In this document: piece after piece, positions 11,033 through 20,084 of the stretch
Layout of the letters: each line of letters starts with the position of its first letter
How positions within the stretch are numbered: the first letter of the stretch is position 1
Virus record (IMG/VR): IMGVR_UViG_3300027833_000022
Location: 1-64,000 of that record
Source: a virus
Direction: 5' to 3' (one strand)
Length of the DNA stretch: 64,000 nucleotides
Notes under the pieces: generated by a model
What the model was told of the DNA's origin: nothing
The model's database searches: none
What the model saw: the letters and a program-made list of their open reading frames with translations, nothing else
Made by a program: the position numbers and the translations under genes

Positions 11033-12119
11033 TGACCATCTCCTCAATCACTGAATCATCTCCAGCAGAATCTAGAATTGCTTCGGGTTGTTGTTCCCAC
11101 TCGCGCATCATGATATCTAGACAATCATCAGTATTCTTAGACCATGCTTTACGGAATTTCTTAATGATTTCACCAGTTACGGGACTAATATACTCAAGGC
11201 TATTACCTGACTTTTTCAATGCGCCCTTCGCTTCAAAGAATTCAGTTAATCCACTGTAAGGACTCATACCAGTATCATATGGAATTTCTACTTGTACACT
11301 CTCAAATGGTTTAGCATAACGTGTCTTCATGATCTTACACGCTGCACGAATGCCATTTACAGTAGTCGTCTTATTACCATCTTCATCAACTTTTAACTTT
11401 AGTTTACGCATTGCGATTACGATTGAACTTGCGTAAATGAATCCTTGACCACCAGAGATTTTATCATCGGGATCGAACATATCTTGCGATGCATAAGTGT
11501 GATTCGTAGCAAGTAAACCTACGTTGTATTCACCTAACATATTCACAGTGTTACGAACAAGTGAAGTAAGTGCTTTAGGTTTACGACCCAAGTCGCCTTT
11601 CATATCTCCTGCTTCAAACTGCTTAACGTCAGTGGGTGTTAACAACATACCTAGACTGTCTACTACAAATAAGATTTTAGGACGATCTTCTGGCTCTTTA
11701 TCACCATGCTCAGTCTTGTAATCTTTCATCAAGTCAGAGATAATTTTCGCAACATCATCAATCATTGCTACGTTCAACTTCATCAATTTATCTTCACTCG
11801 TATCTACACCTAGTGCATGTAACCATGCTTCGTCTAGTGCATTTTCCGAGTCGATTAGAACAACATAAATATCTTGCTCTTGTGCATGACGAATTATGTT
11901 TCCCGAAGCAATATATGATTTCCCTGCTCCAGATTCGCCTGCTAATACTGTTACTTTACCTAGTGGAATACCTTTTTCAAAGTCTCCGCTAATAAGTTTG
12001 TTTAATGTAAAATTACCTGTTGAAATCCAAGTATCAGGATCGTTAAATCCAGTGCTTAGACCAGGAACCGCCTTAGTAATACTACGACGGAACTTAGACA
12101 CATCAAATGGTCGTGCCAT
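11022..12119 (-). CDS. uvsX: RecA-like recombinase UvsX
   Basis: Walker A GESGAGKS, IDSENALD, VVDSLG, SGGQG motifs. Confidence 0.93.
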   Translation of the reverse strand: MARPFDVSKFRRSITKAVPGLSTGFNDPDTWISTGNFTLNKLISGDFEKGIPLGKVTVLAGESGAGKSYIASGNIIRHAQEQDIYVVLIDSENALDEAWLHALGVDTSEDKLMKLNVAMIDDVAKIISDLMKDYKTEHGDKEPEDRPKILFVVDSLGMLLTPTDVKQFEAGDMKGDLGRKPKALTSLVRNTVNMLGEYNVGLLATNHTYASQDMFDPDDKISGGQGFIYASSIVIAMRKLKLKVDEDGNKTTTVNGIRAACKIMKTRYAKPFESVQVEIPYDTGMSPYSGLTEFFEAKGALKKSGNSLEYISPVTGEIIKKFRKAWSKNTDDCLDIMMREWEQQPEAILDSAGDDSVIEEMVNES

Positions 12120-12168
12120 ATTATTCTCCTTGAAAATGGGAGCAAAGAACTTGCTCCCTATTGGTTAC

Positions 12169-13173
12169 TTATGCTTCTGCTTTACGATTGCGAATTGCTG
12201 CAAGAATATCTTGCGCAGTAGGTTTTGCGTCTTCTGATCCTGTTGTCGGTGCTGCTGCTACAGGTGCTGCTGCTACAGGAACAGGATCTGCTTTAAAAGG
12301 GACATCGTCTGACGTAATCTCCTTTTCAGCAACAGGCGCTGATTGAACTACAGATGCCATTGGTTTTGATGGTGCATCAACACCCCATGGGCGGTAGTAA
12401 TTACCCCACTTCTCATTATCGTATAACTGACCATCGACAGATGCTTCAAACATCTCGACCATCGCATCTAAATGCGCTTGATCAGGCTTCTTAGGTAGGA
12501 AGTCAGATAGATTAAATAATCCATTTGTTTCGATTGCGTCTAGTTCATCTTGATTTAAACTACGCTCACGACGAGCCCAGTTAGAAGTACTATAGTCTGC
12601 CCACTTACCATTCTGACCTTTGACTACTCTGAAATCTGTACCTTCGTTATAATCGGTGGGTAAAGATGTGAAATCAACGTCCATTAACGCTGCACTGATT
12701 ACCTTAAAGATTTGAGGTGAAATCATGAAACGACGAATTGGGTTAGTAGGTGCTTCTTCTACTAGATCACTTTCAGTGACAAAGCCTTGAAATAAGTAAG
12801 ACTTTTTCTTCCAATATTTACGAGCAACGTCTTCTAATGAAGGATCTTTGAACCATTGACGCAGTTCTGCGTGAATAGGACATGTGGTAGTTTCATCATC
12901 ATACATTTCAATACAAGGTACTTGAATGGTAACAGGTCTTGATTCGTCACCACCTTTTACGCCTGCGAATTCTAAACGAATCATTTCGCGCTTCAACCAA
13001 AAGAATGGGTTGTTTGTATCGCCGTCAGGTAAAAATCGTAGTGATGCTGATGTGTTGTCTGGAATACTCCAGTGAGGGAAGACAGTATTGTCTGATTTGG
13101 TATTTGATTTCGTTCCAGATGAACGAGTTTCTTGTTCAAGCAATTTTGCTCGGATTTCTGCTAAAGATGCCAT
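12169..13173 (-). CDS. gp32: Single-stranded DNA-binding protein (T4 gp32 family)
   Basis: LRFLPD, C..CPI, YWKKKSY, G.DF...K...ADYSTS.W motifs; upstream of uvsX. Confidence 0.85.
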   Translation of the reverse strand: MASLAEIRAKLLEQETRSSGTKSNTKSDNTVFPHWSIPDNTSASLRFLPDGDTNNPFFWLKREMIRLEFAGVKGGDESRPVTIQVPCIEMYDDETTTCPIHAELRQWFKDPSLEDVARKYWKKKSYLFQGFVTESDLVEEAPTNPIRRFMISPQIFKVISAALMDVDFTSLPTDYNEGTDFRVVKGQNGKWADYSTSNWARRERSLNQDELDAIETNGLFNLSDFLPKKPDQAHLDAMVEMFEASVDGQLYDNEKWGNYYRPWGVDAPSKPMASVVQSAPVAEKEITSDDVPFKADPVPVAAAPVAAAPTTGSEDAKPTAQDILAAIRNRKAEA

Positions 13174-13268
13174 TATTTAATTCTCCTAATGCCTTAGTTT
13201 TGTTTTAGGTATTAAATGGATTATTCCACTAATACAAGTTTGCCTTTGTTTTCTTACTTAGCCTATAC

Positions 13269-13297
13269 AGTATACTTCTTTTCATGCCTACTGTCAA
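13269..13297 (-). promoter_or_regulatory. sigma70-type promoter for gp32-uvsX-uvsY
   Basis: TTGACA-N17-TATACT. Confidence 0.8.
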
Positions 13298-13331
13298 GCA
13301 CTTTTTCGTTTTAATTTGATTTAATATTTAG

Positions 13332-13429
13332 TGAAGATATTACGTTGTTAATGCAGGCTCTCAACTGGCGCTGCTTCTTTTATTGAAGATATTACGTTGT
13401 TAATGCAGGCTCTCAACTGGCGCTGCTTC
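13332..13429. repeat. Perfect tandem 46-bp repeat, 52-bp period, possible structured RNA
   Basis: tgaagatattacgttgttaatgcaggctctcaactggcgctgcttc at 13332-13377 and 13384-13429. Confidence 0.95.
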
Positions 13430-13437
13430 ATTTATAT

Positions 13438-13599
13438 TTATTCTTCTTTGATAATAGACCAGATGCCATATACAAGGGCAATCCATGCTGCTACGTTTAG
13501 CAAAGGAGCTGCTAATAGAATTGCTAGTGCAGTACCAATTAATACTGCACCATCTAATGATGTACGTTCTGTTAAGCGACCTTTCATCCAATTAATCAT
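13438..13599 (-). CDS. Small membrane protein (holin-like topology; function unassigned)
   Basis: MINWMKGRLTERTSLDG followed by ~35 hydrophobic residues; start immediately after the upstream stop. Confidence 0.6.
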   Translation of the reverse strand: MINWMKGRLTERTSLDGAVLIGTALAILLAAPLLNVAAWIALVYGIWSIIKEE

Positions 13600-13600
13600 A

Positions 13601-14872
13601 TTATCCCACCATCTTACGTAAATTAGTAACTGCTTCACCATCCATTGAAGGTGATTCTTGAGTTACTTCTGGTACTACTTCTTCTGTTACTTTATCAAGT
13701 AACTGATCAAGTGCTGTGCGGAATGTCTTATTCATTTTATGAACATCTACGCTCAACATATCAAGTAAATTTGACAATTCAAATTGTTTTACTTGAATAG
13801 CCTTCATACCGATGTATGATGCCTTGTGACCCAGTGCAGAGATGTCACCACCTTCGCCTGAGAAATCAGTCATTGCGTTTTCAGGATGCTCTGGATCAGT
13901 TGAATCAACAGGAATCTTAATACCAGATTTAACAATGTTGATCAATTTTTCTAAGTTTTCAATTGCGCTCACGGTTTTCGCCTCTTTCAATTTAGTTTCA
14001 GATACTACACGATTTACTGTAGCGAGTGCTTGTTGCATACTCTCAGTAGATAATGCATTATACTTGAATTTCTCAGAGATGTCAAGGGTTTCTTCAATTA
14101 AATCTTCATTTACTTCAACTTTAAAATTATCGTAACCACGCTTGGTAGACAAACGCTTAACTGACTCTTTTAGTTGAGCAATCTTTGATTTAATAGTCTC
14201 TACGATTTCTTGATTGTCTTCGTTAACTAATTTGTTTTGCTTTGTATATTTTGTGAACTTGTTTAAATCTGAAATCTCTTCACACATTGCCAAAATTGCT
14301 TGTCCCTTAACATCATAAGGATTTCCATGCTCATTAACGTGCATAGTCATTGCTCTAGCGCCTGCCATGTACTTATGTGGGAATGCAAACTTTTCACCCG
14401 ATGCATTTTCAATAAACAAACTATGAATATTTCTACTACGAGAACCACGCATTTCTTCATTAACACTTTTGTTGTGCTTTATGATAAGCGTTGCTTCTGG
14501 CAATTTAATATAACTTGTCTTTGTTGAACCGCCCGCCTTTGTGAACCCTTCTGTCACTTGTGCATCTGTTTTTGGTTGGATTTGTTTGTCAAATTTTCTC
14601 ATTGTGAATTCACCTAATTTTCCATGTGCAATTGCTTTGATTGCATCTAAAATATCTTTATTTCTCTGTATGTCGTAACTTTCCCCGATCTTAACAATCA
14701 CTTCAAAGTTGTTATCTTCTTGTTTGATTGTGACAATCAAATTTTGATCAACAGCGTATAGTCGCGTTGCTTCTTCTACATTCAATGTCTCTACACCATC
14801 AATAGTGTATAAACGCATCTTGTAGCCTGCGCCTTTTAGTATGTTAAATAGTTCTGTTGAAATATCATTCAT
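13601..14872 (-). CDS. Hypothetical virion/prohead-associated protein (423 aa)
   Basis: Long ORF downstream of the terminase with late motif at 14900-14907; C-terminal 'NLRKMVG' resembles the scaffold C-terminus. Confidence 0.6.
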   Translation of the reverse strand: MNDISTELFNILKGAGYKMRLYTIDGVETLNVEEATRLYAVDQNLIVTIKQEDNNFEVIVKIGESYDIQRNKDILDAIKAIAHGKLGEFTMRKFDKQIQPKTDAQVTEGFTKAGGSTKTSYIKLPEATLIIKHNKSVNEEMRGSRSRNIHSLFIENASGEKFAFPHKYMAGARAMTMHVNEHGNPYDVKGQAILAMCEEISDLNKFTKYTKQNKLVNEDNQEIVETIKSKIAQLKESVKRLSTKRGYDNFKVEVNEDLIEETLDISEKFKYNALSTESMQQALATVNRVVSETKLKEAKTVSAIENLEKLINIVKSGIKIPVDSTDPEHPENAMTDFSGEGGDISALGHKASYIGMKAIQVKQFELSNLLDMLSVDVHKMNKTFRTALDQLLDKVTEEVVPEVTQESPSMDGEAVTNLRKMVG

Positions 14873-14916
14873 CGGGGTAATTCCTTTTTAATTATATATG
14901 TATTTATCTTTTTCGT

Positions 14917-16473
14917 CTATAAAAATGACAATGGCATTGGGTCATCGTAGTCATTATCTAACCCTTCTTCCATCAAATACTCATATGCGGTATCTTCATA
15001 ATTGGTTACTTCTTGTGCCATTCTTATGATTAATACGAGCGCCATGACTAAATCATCATTTTCACCTTCTTTTGCACCATAACTATTGCCACGAGAAATA
15101 AATACCTTCAGTTCACGTAATAGATTCTTACTTGCTATTTCTAACTTATCAGTCTCTACCCAATGCTTTAATTTAGCACATGCTGCTATCTTTGATTTAT
15201 GTGTAGTAGTAAATCCTTTACGATATGCCTTTGTATTACCATGCTTCTTACGTTCACTCAAGAATGTCCCTGGGAAGTATTCTTCGCCTATCTCCTCAAC
15301 GCATACCAATCCTGCTTCGCCCATTGAATTGTTTTCTAGACTATAATATATTTCAGATTGTTGCTTTGTCTCATCATCTATGTATATTGCTATCTTTTGT
15401 AATATTCTTACTTGCTGTTGTATAGTCGTTTTATTATGTTGCCATTCAGCGACTTGGTTCATGCCAGGCAATTCGTACACTTGTATCGCTGCATTATCTC
15501 CACCAGTTCCTAAACTAGGATCTAATGCAATAAGATATAAATTACCTGTTTTCAACGGCTTATACCAACGCACTTGTCCTTGCATTGCCCATGCTTCTTT
15601 TGCTTCCATCATGGCTAATTTCAAACTACTCACCAATGTCTCATCGAATGCAATAAATTCATTTTTATGTTCACGTCTGAATTTTTCTTCACCAATCTTA
15701 CCTTGTTCTATTCTTGCCCACTCTTCATCTCTGTCTGGATGTCTATTCCATATTGCATCATAAGAGGCAAAACTATTAATACCTAAATCAGTTTCGTTAC
15801 CATACTCATCTGTCTTCTTTTGTGAATCTCTCCAAATCTGAGCAAACTGATCATCGTCTTGGTTTGGTGTAGATGTTATAATACATTTACCACCAGTTGC
15901 TAATGTAGGCGATAATGCAGTCCAAAAATCTCTTGCAATGTTTGGACGTACAAATGCAAACTCGTCCAAGTATGCTAGTGATATAGACATACCACGTCCA
16001 GTGTTATCAGTGGTAGCTTGTGCAATAATACGACTACCATTATCAAATTCTAATGAACCTTTGTTATATGATGTTGCGCCCGCTCTCAAGTAATCAGGTA
16101 ATGTCTCATATGCAAATCGAATACGCTGCATAATCTCTTGTGCACCACTATATTTGTGGGCTGCAATCAATATTGTCTGATCTGGCACGAACATAGCATA
16201 CCATAATAGATAGCCAGCAGCGCATGTTGATTTTCCCATTTGTCGAGAAATCAATGCTACCGAGTTTCTATAATTATGATATACATCAACTAATTCTTCT
16301 TGAAAGTCAAATAATTCAAACTTCATTCTACCCTTAGTCGGATGTTGAATCCAACAATGAGTTCTCATGAAATATTTTGGGTCGTTAGCACATTTTGCTA
16401 ACTCTATTAGTTGATCTGGTGTATAATTTTCTTGTTGGTGAGGAGTTTTTACTAACTTCGTATCTGCTGACAT
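14917..16473 (-). CDS. gp17: Terminase large subunit (T4 gp17 family)
   Basis: SRQMGKST Walker A, YLDEFAFV Walker B, ITSTPN, LDPS.G.G.D and NDDLVMAL nuclease motifs. Confidence 0.96.
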   Translation of the reverse strand: MSADTKLVKTPHQQENYTPDQLIELAKCANDPKYFMRTHCWIQHPTKGRMKFELFDFQEELVDVYHNYRNSVALISRQMGKSTCAAGYLLWYAMFVPDQTILIAAHKYSGAQEIMQRIRFAYETLPDYLRAGATSYNKGSLEFDNGSRIIAQATTDNTGRGMSISLAYLDEFAFVRPNIARDFWTALSPTLATGGKCIITSTPNQDDDQFAQIWRDSQKKTDEYGNETDLGINSFASYDAIWNRHPDRDEEWARIEQGKIGEEKFRREHKNEFIAFDETLVSSLKLAMMEAKEAWAMQGQVRWYKPLKTGNLYLIALDPSLGTGGDNAAIQVYELPGMNQVAEWQHNKTTIQQQVRILQKIAIYIDDETKQQSEIYYSLENNSMGEAGLVCVEEIGEEYFPGTFLSERKKHGNTKAYRKGFTTTHKSKIAACAKLKHWVETDKLEIASKNLLRELKVFISRGNSYGAKEGENDDLVMALVLIIRMAQEVTNYEDTAYEYLMEEGLDNDYDDPMPLSFL

Positions 16474-16529
16474 GTATGTATTTATCTCTGTTTGTCAATC
16501 TAACAACTCGTGATAGACAAGGATCTTGT

Positions 16530-16838
16530 CTATTTTGATATGATATTTTTTATTGAAATCTCTAAATTTTCTAAAAAGGCATCAATGTCAATATCATCTG
16601 ATTCAACAACTTCTTCAATCTCTTCTACTGTTTCTGCAACTGGAGGATTTCTTGATAATTTACTGTCATCTACCCATCCTTCTGCATCACTAGTTAGTGA
16701 CTTAATCAATACTTGATCCCAATCATTAGGATTAATACCTACTACTTCATACGATTTATTTTTATATCCAACAATATCACCAACCTGCAAAGGGGTTTCT
16801 AGTAATATAGATTCCATTATCTTTCTCATATCGTTCAT
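16530..16838 (-). CDS. Hypothetical protein, SH3/KOW-like core, possible head-internal protein
   Basis: 'LQVGDIVGYKNKSYEVVGI' beta-barrel-like pattern; AAGGA SD. Confidence 0.55.
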   Translation of the reverse strand: MNDMRKIMESILLETPLQVGDIVGYKNKSYEVVGINPNDWDQVLIKSLTSDAEGWVDDSKLSRNPPVAETVEEIEEVVESDDIDIDAFLENLEISIKNIISK

Positions 16839-16973
16839 AATTCGTTCCTTAAATAATTGCCGTTTTTTATATATATAGTAGCGAATTACATATAATGGAT
16901 AACGGCATCCTCTCTCCTTAGATAATAAAAACGGGCAAGCCAGTAATTATAACAGTCCTAAGGTCTAAGTTCT

Positions 16974-18506
16974 TTATAGTCCTGCGTTTCTAAGCAAGAT
17001 TGCCAATTCTTTAGATTCTTCCAATGATTCTTCTATCGTAGGCTCTTTCTTATCACCATCGTATTCTGGCTCATCGTCCATTGTAGGCTCTTTCTTAGCT
17101 AACATATCTTCAAAAGCGGCTTTCTGTGCTGCGCTCTGTGCTTCAGCAAGTTCGGTTCCTGTATTAACTCCAGTGTCGTCGCAATAGTCACAACCTTCTC
17201 CTTCGCACTTAGAACATGGATCATCTGACATTGAAGCAGATTCTTTAACGTCTTTATCTTTTTTAAGATCGTCCTTGCCTTTGCCGTCTACTGCATAGTC
17301 TGGGACCATTTTTCCATCTGGACCTTTGACCATAGTCTTTTTCTTAGATTCTTCATATAATGCTTTCATGGTGTCTACTGTATGCTCAGTTACGCTAACT
17401 TTTAGATCCTGTGCGCCCATATAACTCTTCAATGACAAGTTTACTGGTTGTGCAAACTCATAAGGATCGCCATGCGATGTAGGTTCAGTTTCACTTGCAT
17501 CTGCTGGTGAATTAGCCCATTCGTTAATCTTACGTTCTATTGCTTCTTCAGATAGACCTGCATTATGTAACATACTTACTAATTGAGTAGTATCCATTGT
17601 TGGAGACTCCTCTAATGTAGATGATTCTGTTACCCAGTTTTCACCCATTTCATCATCACAATCATGCTTGCAATCTGTAGTAGGCTTGTGTATTTCATCA
17701 CCACAATCTTTACATACTTTCTTTATAGATGCTTCGTATAAGTCGTCAGCATTTTCTTGGTCGTACTTCTTAATAAAGTCTTCTTTAGACATTGTTTCCG
17801 AATCATCAATCATTGCTGCTTTAACTTTACCTTCGTTCATTGAATTCGTCATATTATTTGTATCCTTTTCTTCTGAACGCACTTCTTCGCCTTCTGCGAC
17901 TGCGTCTATAAATGTTACTGGTGTTAATACTGTGCCACCTGTTTTATGATCAAGACGCAATGCCATGTATGTGTCATCTATTTTTGTCTTATAATCACGA
18001 TGTATTTTAGCATAATCTGCTTTGGTCATTTCTATCTGACCTTCGTCATTAACTTTTGCCATTGGTCCCATTGCTTCTTCAACGTCAGTTTTACCATATG
18101 TTTCACAAGGATCTTTTCCACAACCACAATTTTTCTTTTCTTCTTCAACTGCTTCTGTTTGCATTGCGTTTACAAATGCATCAGTATAATCACCCCAATT
18201 TTCACCATCTTCATGTACAAAATTCATACCATCGCCAGTAACACTGACAATTTTGAATTCACCTTCATGTACCGAACCGAATGCTTCTATTTTAATATCG
18301 ACTTGAATATCATTAACATCGATATCATAGTCTTCTGATCCAACTGATGAACCAAATCCATTTGCTACCGCAGTAAATTCTTCACTATCGCTTGTACGTT
18401 GAATATTATCTAATGTAACATTTCCGTCTACTATGACATTCGTTACTTCCATTTCGTTCATTATAGGATTGATTGATTCTAGTAACGTTCTCATTGACTT
18501 ATGCAT
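16974..18506 (-). CDS. Acidic putative prohead-core/internal protein with Cys clusters (510 aa)
   Basis: Very acidic, many E-S/E-A motifs, three Cys-rich segments, C-terminal LLRNAGL. Confidence 0.6.
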   Translation of the reverse strand: MHKSMRTLLESINPIMNEMEVTNVIVDGNVTLDNIQRTSDSEEFTAVANGFGSSVGSEDYDIDVNDIQVDIKIEAFGSVHEGEFKIVSVTGDGMNFVHEDGENWGDYTDAFVNAMQTEAVEEEKKNCGCGKDPCETYGKTDVEEAMGPMAKVNDEGQIEMTKADYAKIHRDYKTKIDDTYMALRLDHKTGGTVLTPVTFIDAVAEGEEVRSEEKDTNNMTNSMNEGKVKAAMIDDSETMSKEDFIKKYDQENADDLYEASIKKVCKDCGDEIHKPTTDCKHDCDDEMGENWVTESSTLEESPTMDTTQLVSMLHNAGLSEEAIERKINEWANSPADASETEPTSHGDPYEFAQPVNLSLKSYMGAQDLKVSVTEHTVDTMKALYEESKKKTMVKGPDGKMVPDYAVDGKGKDDLKKDKDVKESASMSDDPCSKCEGEGCDYCDDTGVNTGTELAEAQSAAQKAAFEDMLAKKEPTMDDEPEYDGDKKEPTIEESLEESKELAILLRNAGL

Positions 18507-19011
18507 CTTTCTTCTCCTGCTCTTTTTTCAATTTTAACAATTCTTGAACAAAAGAAGTATTGTACTTATCACCGAAGAATTCTTCTGCATTTATCTCATC
18601 TGCTTCTGAGTATGTACTATCAGACAATAAACTTGAAACTTCTTCATCATCTGATTTTTCGTTTGATAATGCTTGTTCTCTCTGTTCCAATGGTTCTTTG
18701 TCTGAACGAACTTTCATAAAGCCGTCGCTGATGCCAAGTAATGCTTGGATTTCGGTTTGTATTTGATATGCACTTGCTGGTAAATTTGTTTCAAACTCAA
18801 CAACAAATATCTCGTATCCACGTAGTTGTGGAAAGTCATAAGGTGTGCTTTGTAGCATCAACTTAGTAGGTGCGCTTACTTTCTGTACATCGTACTTTGC
18901 TAAGTGATTCTCAATGCGAGATAAATCATCTCCAGATAATTCCTTTGCCAACTTAATGCGGAAAGTATATGTGTTTTTTGATTCTGTCAAATATTCTGTA
19001 AAGGACTTCAT
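18499..19011 (-). CDS. Hypothetical head-associated protein (start MKSFTEYLTES)
   Basis: AGGAGA SD before ATG 19011; late motif at 19037-19044; N-terminus resembles the T4 capsid-targeting sequence. Confidence 0.65.
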   Translation of the reverse strand: MKSFTEYLTESKNTYTFRIKLAKELSGDDLSRIENHLAKYDVQKVSAPTKLMLQSTPYDFPQLRGYEIFVVEFETNLPASAYQIQTEIQALLGISDGFMKVRSDKEPLEQREQALSNEKSDDEEVSSLLSDSTYSEADEINAEEFFGDKYNTSFVQELLKLKKEQEKKDA

Positions 19012-19071
19012 GGGTTTAATTCTCCTAATATTATAACTATTTATCTTTATTGTAAAAATCACCAGACTTAA

Positions 19072-19626
19072 TTATTCTGCTGTATCATCTTTAATATTTT
19101 TCATAATTTCTGCTAACATCTCTGAACGATTTCCTATCAATCTACCATCAATTGATTCTGGTCCATCATCTGGTAAGCCTTTATTGATAATATGATTTAC
19201 TTTTCGATTATCCATATCAAGACGTTCTTTGCGCATTTGTAACTCAATCATTTTGATTTTTTTATCCATCTTTGTTTGTTTCGCGGTTATCGCTGCTGAT
19301 AACATTTTACTTGCGCTGTCAAGCAATGCTGCTGCATTTCTATCGTCTACATTCTTTGCCAAATCTACTATATCATCAAATGCATCTATCGCTTTTGTTG
19401 CATAATCGTCCATCTCTTTATCGATTGCGTCTAAACCAAGAACCATAGGCAGTGCTGCATCTACTTTCATGGACATATCCATAGTTGCTGATTTATTTGA
19501 TATTTGTTCGGTGAGTTGCTTTATCACTTCTTCTGATGATGGTTCTATTTCATTATCATCATCGAAATCTAATGATATATCTTCTATAGGAGGTAAATTA
19601 AATGTATCGCTTAATTTTTGTGTCAT
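19072..19626 (-). CDS. Putative terminase small subunit-like helical protein
   Basis: 184-aa helical protein near gp17 and gp4 with an overall pattern like T4-type gp16 (helical core, short C-terminal strand). Confidence 0.4.
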   Translation of the reverse strand: MTQKLSDTFNLPPIEDISLDFDDDNEIEPSSEEVIKQLTEQISNKSATMDMSMKVDAALPMVLGLDAIDKEMDDYATKAIDAFDDIVDLAKNVDDRNAAALLDSASKMLSAAITAKQTKMDKKIKMIELQMRKERLDMDNRKVNHIINKGLPDDGPESIDGRLIGNRSEMLAEIMKNIKDDTAE

Positions 19627-20078
19627 TTCTTTTTCCTTTGCGCTTTTGTTCGCTTCTTTGGCTTATTGAAAATCTCATTCTCTGTAATAACGCGAAATCC
19701 CAAACCCTTTGCTTTACACCAATGCCTTGCTGATTCCCATTTGGCGTGATTTACCACTGCGGCTGCTTTCTGTGATTGACTTTTTGCTTCACCAAGAGTT
19801 TGTCCCGCTGGTTTTATTTCTACCATCTCTGCGTGTTGCTTACCATTTGCATCTTGATATACCATCAATAAATCTGGTACATAATTAGAATTTTTTCCAG
19901 TAAGGGGATTTTTATATGGAATACGATGTGTTTCTGAACCCCATCCTAAGACAGATGGATGATTATCGCACATTCTGAAAACAACCAGTTCCCAACTTGA
20001 GCGATAACGGGGTAAGCCCTTACCTAAGTATTTATCTGGGTTTTTTGGTGTGTATAAGCCTTGATGGAATTTTGCCAT
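19623..20078 (-). CDS. gp4: Head completion nuclease (T4 gp4 / TnsA-N-like)
   Basis: PKNPDKY.G, YRSSWE, WGSE...IPY, YVPD, VEIKP, N.AKW..A..WC, F..ITE motifs. Confidence 0.9.
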   Translation of the reverse strand: MAKFHQGLYTPKNPDKYLGKGLPRYRSSWELVVFRMCDNHPSVLGWGSETHRIPYKNPLTGKNSNYVPDLLMVYQDANGKQHAEMVEIKPAGQTLGEAKSQSQKAAAVVNHAKWESARHWCKAKGLGFRVITENEIFNKPKKRTKAQRKKK

Positions 20079-20084
20079 TGTTTA

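Noticed and set aside
13332-13429. Mini CRISPR array
   Set aside because: Only two 46-bp repeats separated by 6 bp; no spacer-sized unique sequence and no cas genes
14917-16473. Inteins or introns in terminase, UvsX, portal or capsid genes
   Set aside because: Lengths are normal, and no C...HN splice motifs or frame breaks were seen
19623-20078. Tn7 TnsA transposase / mobile element
   Set aside because: Motifs and context match the T4 gp4 head-completion nuclease; no tnsB/C or terminal repeats
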